Source: Bacteroidales bacterium (GTDB lineage Bacteria > Bacteroidota > Bacteroidia > Bacteroidales > UBA3663). Taken from it: a stretch of DNA of 64,000 nt. Below are positions 58,160 to 64,000 of this stretch, piece after piece (within the stretch, counting starts at the first letter, position 1; each line of letters starts with the position of its first letter). The DNA lies in assembly GCA_045640225.1 (NCBI GenBank), contig JAZUEP010000136.1, forward strand, positions 13,771 through 77,770, written 5' to 3'. A program made the position numbers and the translations under genes. The notes under the pieces are model-generated. The model searched no databases and was not told the DNA's origin. It saw only the letters and a program-made list of their open reading frames with translations.

Positions 58160-59632
58160 TTAGAGTCCCTTCACACGCTTGAACCAACGGTCGCCACGCC
58201 ATTCGCCGGACTCCTGGTCGATCGAGAACCATACGAACAGCGGTGTGCCTACGATGTGATCCTCGGGCACGAAGCCCCAGAAGCGCGAGTCGAGCGAATT
58301 GTCGCGGTTGTCGCCCATCATCCAGTAGTAGTCGTAGCCAAAGGTAAACTCCTTCACCTCGGTGCCGTTCAGGGCATAGCGATCCTTGTCCAGGCGTACC
58401 AGTTCATTGCCCTGGCCGTCGCCGGTCTTCTGGTTAGGCTCGTAGGTGCGGATGCAGCGGCCATACAGCTTCACGTTGGCATCGGTCAGTTCGATGCGGC
58501 TGCCGCGCTTGGGTATCCACAGCGGGCCGAAGTTGGCCGACGTCCAGTCCGACAGTTCGTCCTGCGGATATACCTGACCGGCCTCTTCCCATTCGAGGGG
58601 CATCTCGTGTACCCACTCGACCTTTCCCGACTTCTCGAGCTCCTGCTTCATCTGCTGGGTCATGTTCACCTGGTACAGCGGCAGGTAGCGTCCGGTCACC
58701 GAGTCAGGCTCGATGCCCAGGTATTCGTACATGGCGGGATTCTGTACCGTATAGACGTCAGGGCTCAGCGTCGAGCCGTTGCCCTTGGGGTAGATTCCAA
58801 GCTTCTTCCAGGCCTTGTCGCTAATGGGCTGCTTGGCCAGCACCATGTGGAAGTGCTGCAGGTACTGTGGGTTGTCGAGAGCCTTGCCGTCAATCATCAC
58901 CTGACGGTCGATAATCTGCAGTGTCTCGCCGGGCAGGCCGATGCAGCGTTTCACATAGTTCTCGCGACGGTCCACAGGGCGGTACATCACCTTGCCGAAG
59001 GTCTTCTCATCCTTCCATACGCGCTCACGGCCATATTGGCGGCACAGGGCGTAGTAATCCGGATTCTCGCACTTCTGGCAGATGGTGTCACCATTCGGGT
59101 AGTTGAAGACCACGATGTCGTTGCGCTCAATCTTGCCGAGGCCTGGCATGCGACGGTAGTTCACCTGTGGCTTCTCGATGTACGACTTGCCCAGGTTTGT
59201 CTGTCCGACGGTAATCGTATGCTGGAACAAGGGCAGCGACAACGGGGTCATCGGCACACGCGGTCCATAGTGGTATTTCGACACCAGCAGGTAGTCGCCG
59301 GCCAGCATCGTCTTCTCGAGCGAGGTGGTCGGGATCTGGAAGTTCTGGAAGAAGAAGTTCTGAAGTACCCATACGGCCAGGATGGCAAACACGATGGCGT
59401 CGACCCACGACATCACGCCGCGCAGGAAGGAGTTCTTGATCGACTTCCACCAGTCCCAGTTGATGTAGTGCCACCAGTAGAGGTCCACAAAATAGGGTAT
59501 CAGCAGGAATGGGACGAACGATCCCATCCAGAGGGCAAACAGCAGCACGGCCGTGAGCCACAGGGCCAGCCTGATCTTGTCGCCCTTTGTCATCTTGCGG
59601 CTCAGGCCGCGTTCTTTCTTATCTTGTTCCAT
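58160..59632 (-). CDS. lepB: Signal peptidase I (S26 family)
   Basis: Catalytic Ser region IPTTSLEKTMLAGDYLLVSK and box E MMGDNRDNSLDSRFWGFVPEDHIVG. Confidence 0.9.
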   Translation of the reverse strand: MEQDKKERGLSRKMTKGDKIRLALWLTAVLLFALWMGSFVPFLLIPYFVDLYWWHYINWDWWKSIKNSFLRGVMSWVDAIVFAILAVWVLQNFFFQNFQIPTTSLEKTMLAGDYLLVSKYHYGPRVPMTPLSLPLFQHTITVGQTNLGKSYIEKPQVNYRRMPGLGKIERNDIVVFNYPNGDTICQKCENPDYYALCRQYGRERVWKDEKTFGKVMYRPVDRRENYVKRCIGLPGETLQIIDRQVMIDGKALDNPQYLQHFHMVLAKQPISDKAWKKLGIYPKGNGSTLSPDVYTVQNPAMYEYLGIEPDSVTGRYLPLYQVNMTQQMKQELEKSGKVEWVHEMPLEWEEAGQVYPQDELSDWTSANFGPLWIPKRGSRIELTDANVKLYGRCIRTYEPNQKTGDGQGNELVRLDKDRYALNGTEVKEFTFGYDYYWMMGDNRDNSLDSRFWGFVPEDHIVGTPLFVWFSIDQESGEWRGDRWFKRVKGL

Positions 59633-59651
59633 AGTTGTTGCTTGTCGGGGT

Positions 59652-60443
59652 TCAGAACTTCATCAGGTCCGTCATCGTATACACGCCCTTGCGCTCCTCG
59701 GTGGTCAGCCACTCGGCTGCCACTACGGCGCCCAGGGCGAAGCCACGGCGCGACTTGGCCGAGTGTGTCATCGTGATCGTATCCACGTCGCTGTCGTACA
59801 CCACGGTGTGGATGCCGGGCACCTCGCCACGACGCAGAGCCACTACCTCCAGCTCGTCCGCGTCGTGCTGGGCAAAGGTGGTCCCTGCCTCGGCATTCCT
59901 GCGGACGTCCACGCTCTGGTCCTCGTGCTGCCAGATGGCGGCCGTCTCCTTCCAGGTGCGCTTGCGGTCCAGGTTATCGGTGATGGCGTTGGCAATGGTG
60001 ATGGCCGTTCCGCTGGGCGAGTCCAGCTTGTGTATATGGTGCGTCTCCTCGAGGGTCACGTCGTACTGTGGGTAGGCATTCATCAGACGGGCTACATACT
60101 TCTGCATGGCTACAAAGACGTTGACGCCTATCGAGAAGTTCGAGGCCCAGAACAACAGGCCGTCCTTAGCCTTGACGTCGGCCTCGACCTGTGGCAGCTG
60201 GTCGTACCATCCGGTCGAACCTACCACTACCGGCACCTTGGCGTCGAGGCAGCGGGCCACGTTGCCCAGGCAGGTCTTGGGCGTGGTGAATTCGATGGCC
60301 ACATCGGCCGTACGGAAGGCTTCGCTCGCGAAGTCCTCCTGGTTGTTGATGTCGATGGCGCATACCACCTCGTGTCCGCGACTCAGGGCTATCTCTTCGA
60401 TGATATGGCCCATCTTGCCATATCCGATCAATGCTATTTTCAT
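59652..60443 (-). CDS. dapB: 4-hydroxy-tetrahydrodipicolinate reductase
   Basis: MKIALIGYGKMGHIIEE and EETHHIHKLDSPSGTA. The start is taken at the ATG at 60443, because the longer track ORF runs through the promoter box. Confidence 0.9.
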   Translation of the reverse strand: MKIALIGYGKMGHIIEEIALSRGHEVVCAIDINNQEDFASEAFRTADVAIEFTTPKTCLGNVARCLDAKVPVVVGSTGWYDQLPQVEADVKAKDGLLFWASNFSIGVNVFVAMQKYVARLMNAYPQYDVTLEETHHIHKLDSPSGTAITIANAITDNLDRKRTWKETAAIWQHEDQSVDVRRNAEAGTTFAQHDADELEVVALRRGEVPGIHTVVYDSDVDTITMTHSAKSRRGFALGAVVAAEWLTTEERKGVYTMTDLMKF

Positions 60444-60523
60444 ATCTTGTTGCTTGTCTTTAATCCGTATTTTTCTACACACTTGTACACACATACGTGC
60501 GCGTAGCACACGACAATGCGGCG

Positions 60524-60531
60524 CAAAGATA
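60524..60531 (-). promoter_or_regulatory. -7 promoter box (TATCTTTG) for the dapB-lepB... operon
   Basis: Plus strand reads CAAAGATA, 80 nt upstream of the ATG at 60443. Confidence 0.45.
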
Positions 60532-60659
60532 CATATTTTTTCGGACATAACGCGCGAAATTGGGCAAAAAAATGTCATCTCACCCCTAAAATTCTTGCAA
60601 AAGTCACCTCTATTCTCGTTTTTTTGCACTGAGTATTTGCTTTTCTACACCGAAATCCG

Positions 60660-60667
60660 TATCTTTG
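60660..60667 (+). promoter_or_regulatory. -7 promoter box (TATCTTTG)
   Basis: TATCTTTG followed by CGGCC, 113 nt upstream of the ATG at 60781. Confidence 0.45.
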
Positions 60668-60690
60668 CGGCCTAATTTGTGCAAAAAAAC

Positions 60691-60749
60691 CGACACATCG
60701 AAGATCGAAACATCGAGACCTCGACACATCGAATAATCGAAACATCGAA
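60691..60749 (+). repeat. Direct duplication of about 27 bp inside the 5' leader
   Basis: CGACACATCGAAGATCGAAACATCGA (60691-60716) and CGACACATCGAATAATCGAAACATCGAA (60722-60749). Confidence 0.85.
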
Positions 60750-60780
60750 AAAAAATTATAAATTCTAAAAAATCCCAACA

Positions 60781-61608
60781 ATGAAAGCTTCTATCTTCGC
60801 CCTCGCCGCCTTAGGCTTGGCAGCCTGCACTTCGCAGCCACGCAACGACGCTTCAGACGCCGCTTCGCACAGCCTCGTTCTCTACTATTCGCAGTTCGGT
60901 GCCACCCGTACCGTAGCCCTCGAGCTCCAGTCGCAGGTCGGTGCCGACATCGCTCAGGTCGAGGCCACGCCTGCCTACGATGGCGACTTCCAGCAGACCA
61001 TTGCCCGTTGCCAGCAGGAGGCTGCCGAGGGCACCCTGCCCGAACTCAAGCCGCTCGACGTCGACCTGGCTCGCTACGACACCATCTACCTGGGCTATCC
61101 TATCTGGTTCGGCACCTATGCCACGCCTATCGCAGCCCTTGTCAAGCAGGAGGCCTTCGAGGGCAAGACCGTCATTCCGTTCTGCACCTTTGGTAGCGGT
61201 GGTCTGCAGGCCAGCTCGCGCCAGCTTGCCGAGGCTCTGCCTCAGGCCAACGTCCTCGAGGGCTATGGCGTCCGCACCGTCCGCGTCGAGGCTGCTCCTG
61301 CCGAGCTCAACCGCTTCCTGATCGAGCGTGGCTACAAGGCCGGCGAGATCGAGGCCCTGCCTGCCTTCATGGAGGCTCATCCCGTTACAGCCGACGAGGC
61401 TGCAATCTTCGACCAAGCCTGCAGCAGTTACCAGTACCCGATGGGCACCCCTGTCAGCGTAGCCGTCCGTGCTACCGAGGCCGCTACTGACTATCTGTTC
61501 ACCGCTGCCAGCCAGGGTCCTGACGGCCAGGAACAGACCTCCGAGGTCTATGTCACCGTAGCCAACGCTGAGGGCGCTGTGGCCGAGTTCACCCAGGTAG
61601 TACGCTAA
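60781..61608 (+). CDS. Flavodoxin-like lipoprotein with an extra C-terminal domain
   Basis: Lipobox LAACT. SLVLYYSQFGATRTVA, YDTIYLGYPIWFGTYATPI and KTVIPFCTFGSGG give a flavodoxin-fold pattern, followed by about 100 further residues. Confidence 0.65.
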   Translation: MKASIFALAALGLAACTSQPRNDASDAASHSLVLYYSQFGATRTVALELQSQVGADIAQVEATPAYDGDFQQTIARCQQEAAEGTLPELKPLDVDLARYDTIYLGYPIWFGTYATPIAALVKQEAFEGKTVIPFCTFGSGGLQASSRQLAEALPQANVLEGYGVRTVRVEAAPAELNRFLIERGYKAGEIEALPAFMEAHPVTADEAAIFDQACSSYQYPMGTPVSVAVRATEAATDYLFTAASQGPDGQEQTSEVYVTVANAEGAVAEFTQVVR

Positions 61609-61637
61609 ACCCGACACAATCCGCTGTCTCTCAGATT

Positions 61638-62489
61638 ATGAACAGTATCCTCATCGTACTGCCCATCCTTACCATCCTGATGTTCGACCTCGGCCTGACG
61701 CTCGAGGGCAAGGACTTCCTGCTCGTGGTGCGTCGCTACAAGGCCGTCGTCGCCGGTATGGTGGGTCAGTTGCTGATCCTTCCGCTCCTGGCCTGGTGCA
61801 TTGCCCAGGCCATGGGCCTCTCGCCCGTTTTCACCATCGGCCTGGTGCTGATAGCCTGCTGTCCGGGCGGCAGTTCGTCCAACATCTTCTCAATGCTGGC
61901 CAAGGGCGACGTGGCTCTTTCCGTGTCGCTCACTGCCATCAGCAGCCTTGTCACGCTCATTACCGTGCCCCTCATCCTGCAGTGGACCACGGCCTCGGTC
62001 GGCGAGTCGATAGGCGTCACGTTGCCCGTAGGTAACTTGCTGATGCAGAACCTCGTCACCATGCTGCTGCCTATTCTGCTCGGCATCTACATCCGTCGCA
62101 AGTGGCTCAAGGTGGCACAACGCATCGACAGCGTCCTCTCGCGCCTGGCCTTCCCTGCCCTGATGCTGCTGGCCGGTATCTTCTTCCTGCAGCACCACGA
62201 CACCATCGGTGCCAACTTTGCCACCCTCGGATCGGCCGTCACCATCCTGCTGCTGGGTGCTGCTCTCGTTGCCGCAGGCCTGTGCTACGTCTTCAGGCTC
62301 CACACCCAGGAACGACGCACCATCGTCATCGAGGTAGGCATGCAGAACGCCGCTCAGGCCATTGCCATTGCCTCCAGCCCCTTCGTCTTCAACGACGGAC
62401 GTTTCGCCATCCCTGCCATCCTCTATGCGCTCATGATGAACGTCATCCTGCTCATCTACGTAGGTCGCATCCGTTATTCCAAGAAGTAG
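61638..62489 (+). CDS. Bile acid:sodium symporter (BASS) family transporter
   Basis: MFDLGLTLEGKDF, LIACCPGGSSSNIFS and EVGMQNAAQAIAIA. Confidence 0.85.
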   Translation: MNSILIVLPILTILMFDLGLTLEGKDFLLVVRRYKAVVAGMVGQLLILPLLAWCIAQAMGLSPVFTIGLVLIACCPGGSSSNIFSMLAKGDVALSVSLTAISSLVTLITVPLILQWTTASVGESIGVTLPVGNLLMQNLVTMLLPILLGIYIRRKWLKVAQRIDSVLSRLAFPALMLLAGIFFLQHHDTIGANFATLGSAVTILLLGAALVAAGLCYVFRLHTQERRTIVIEVGMQNAAQAIAIASSPFVFNDGRFAIPAILYALMMNVILLIYVGRIRYSKK

Positions 62490-62505
62490 GATTTCTCTAT
62501 ATCCC

Positions 62506-64000
62506 ATGTATCGTACCCCTTCTCTCCTACTCGCCTCGCTCCTCGCGCTCTCGGCTTTTGCCCAGACCGATGTCCATGGCGACCTCCAGCTCTCGACCGG
62601 TGCCGGTCAGGCTTCGCCCGTCGTGGGGTCGGCCCGCCTCGACATCCGCAACCAGCGCTTCCAGCTCAGCCCTCGCATAGCCTATAGCCGCATCACGGCC
62701 GACAGCACCGCCTTCACCACCGACAACGATTACCGCCTCACCCCTTCAGGCCACGTCCTTGCCAACCACATTGCCTCCGAGGATCAGGGCCATCGCTTCA
62801 CGGCCGGTGTCAGCGGTCGCTACCTCGTGTCGCCTGCCACAAAGATCACCCTTGCCATCGACTTCGACCGCCTTTCGACCGAGAACCTCGGTACTCAGAC
62901 GTTCGACCTACAGGCCGAGTCGCGTTCCGTGCTCCATGCCGACATGCTGGGCACCAACCGTCGCCAGACCTTCGCGGCCAATGCCGCCCTGCGCCACACC
63001 CTTCGTGCCAATGGCGACCAGCTGTCGTTCAGCTACGCCCATCAGAACGAAGGCCGGTACACCGAGTCTACCCTGACCGCCACAGGCGGCAATTACAACC
63101 CCGAGGAGGTCTCGTCGAGCTACTACCTCGAGGTCGAAGCCCGCACCCTGATGCACACCCTGCAGGCCGACTATCGCCACCTGCTGCCCGGCACCAACCA
63201 CAGCCTGCTGTTCGGTGCCCGTTATGACCAGCGCGACGTCTCGGTGCAGGACAATCAGACCGACTTTGGCATGGGAAGCTATGCCGAGTTCGACCATCAG
63301 CTGCGCCTCCTGGCTGCCTTTGCCGAGTATCACCTCACCCTGCCCCAGCAGCTCGACCTTACAGCCCGCCTCGAATACCAGCATTCGCAGCTCGACTACA
63401 GCCGTTCGGACCGCCTGCACAATGCCGACCTCAGCACCCGCTATGAGTCGAACACTCGCTATGTCAACGACCTCGTGCCCATGCTGCGGGCCCGCTATAC
63501 GCTCTCGCCTTCGCACGACCTGACGTTGCTCTACGCCATGCGGATCCTGCGTCCCGATGCCATGTTGCTTTTCCCCGACACGCGTTTCGAGCCCTACGCC
63601 CAGACTTATGGTAATCCGGAGCTCGTGGCCACGCATGCCAACAACCTGCAGCTCACTCACGGCTACCACCGCCAGGGTCTACGCCTCAACACCACCCTGC
63701 AGCACATCTTTGCCGACGACGGCTTCAACGCCATCTGGATCGTCCGCGACGACCACCGCTTCTACACCTGGGGCAACGAAGGAATCCGTCGCGCCTGGGG
63801 TCTGACCCCCGACCTGGAATGGCAGCTCGCGCCCGCCACGACGCTCAACGCCCGTGCCACCGTACTCTGGGACAAGCGCATCGCCGAAGCTATCCACATG
63901 GCCAAGGAGCACTGGGGCATCACCGCTCATCTGGCTCTCAGCCAGCAACTGCCGCAGGGCTTCCGCCTCATGGCCTTTGGCGACTACTCCGAGGGCAACA
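62506..64000 (+). CDS. Outer-membrane beta-barrel family protein (partial; continues past the window end)
   Basis: Absent from the ORF track because it has no in-window stop. My frame-1 translation is MYRTPSLLLASLLALSAFAQTDVHGDLQLS...YGNPELVATHANNLQLTHGY..., with a signal peptide and a TonB-dependent-receptor-like barrel motif (NPEL....NN.). Confidence 0.6.
   Translation, partial: MYRTPSLLLASLLALSAFAQTDVHGDLQLSTGAGQASPVVGSARLDIRNQRFQLSPRIAYSRITADSTAFTTDNDYRLTPSGHVLANHIASEDQGHRFTAGVSGRYLVSPATKITLAIDFDRLSTENLGTQTFDLQAESRSVLHADMLGTNRRQTFAANAALRHTLRANGDQLSFSYAHQNEGRYTESTLTATGGNYNPEEVSSSYYLEVEARTLMHTLQADYRHLLPGTNHSLLFGARYDQRDVSVQDNQTDFGMGSYAEFDHQLRLLAAFAEYHLTLPQQLDLTARLEYQHSQLDYSRSDRLHNADLSTRYESNTRYVNDLVPMLRARYTLSPSHDLTLLYAMRILRPDAMLLFPDTRFEPYAQTYGNPELVATHANNLQLTHGYHRQGLRLNTTLQHIFADDGFNAIWIVRDDHRFYTWGNEGIRRAWGLTPDLEWQLAPATTLNARATVLWDKRIAEAIHMAKEHWGITAHLALSQQLPQGFRLMAFGDYSEGN

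Noticed and set aside
57890-59776. A 628-aa plus-strand ORF spanning the WbqC, lepB and dapB regions.
   Set aside because: It crosses three independently recognisable minus-strand genes and two intergenic junctions, and has no motifs. It is an antisense artefact.
62102-63805. Pro/Arg/Ser/Thr-rich plus-strand ORFs (192, 105, 102 and 82 aa) and a 253-aa minus-strand ORF at the right end of the window.
   Set aside because: Frame 1 from the ATG at 62506 is open to the window end. It encodes a signal peptide plus beta-barrel-like sequence. The listed ORFs are off-frame shadows of it.

Overview
The window looks like a chromosomal segment of a Bacteroidota genome, most like Prevotella/Segatella. 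Three things support this: TAnnTTTG -7 promoter boxes in front of most transcription units, several proteins ending in T9SS C-terminal sorting domains, and the gene content. By eye GC is mid-50s percent, with strong third-position bias that creates many long antisense shadow ORFs.

I support about 50 CDS.
- Housekeeping genes: ligA, miaA, pyrF, rpmH (missed by the ORF track), efp, radC, mtaB, guaB, ftsK, trkH/trkA, dxs, lepB and dapB.
- Accessory-looking blocks:
  - Three consecutive T9SS cargo genes (3738-12575).
  - A VTC-domain/DUF4956/beta-barrel/Cthe_2159-like operon (12787-16062), plus two CotH-family kinase paralogues (19848-21347, 40866-42746).
  - A glycan locus with a 3-amino-3,6-dideoxyhexose branch (21450-29331).
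  - A RavA/ViaA-like AAA+/VWA pair (35334-38119).
  - A low-GC islet with a WYL regulator and a small membrane protein (44733-46094).

I saw no rRNA, tRNA, CRISPR array, transposase or integrase.

The most unusual non-coding signal is an array of about 7 copies of a 41-bp hairpin-forming tandem repeat at 34177-34445, with degenerate copies back to about 34076. Each unit carries a TTCCGGAA palindrome. Short oligomer tandem repeats (AATTACG, GAGTTTAGAG and others) recur in many intergenic spacers.

All family calls come from reading the translations by eye. No searches were run.
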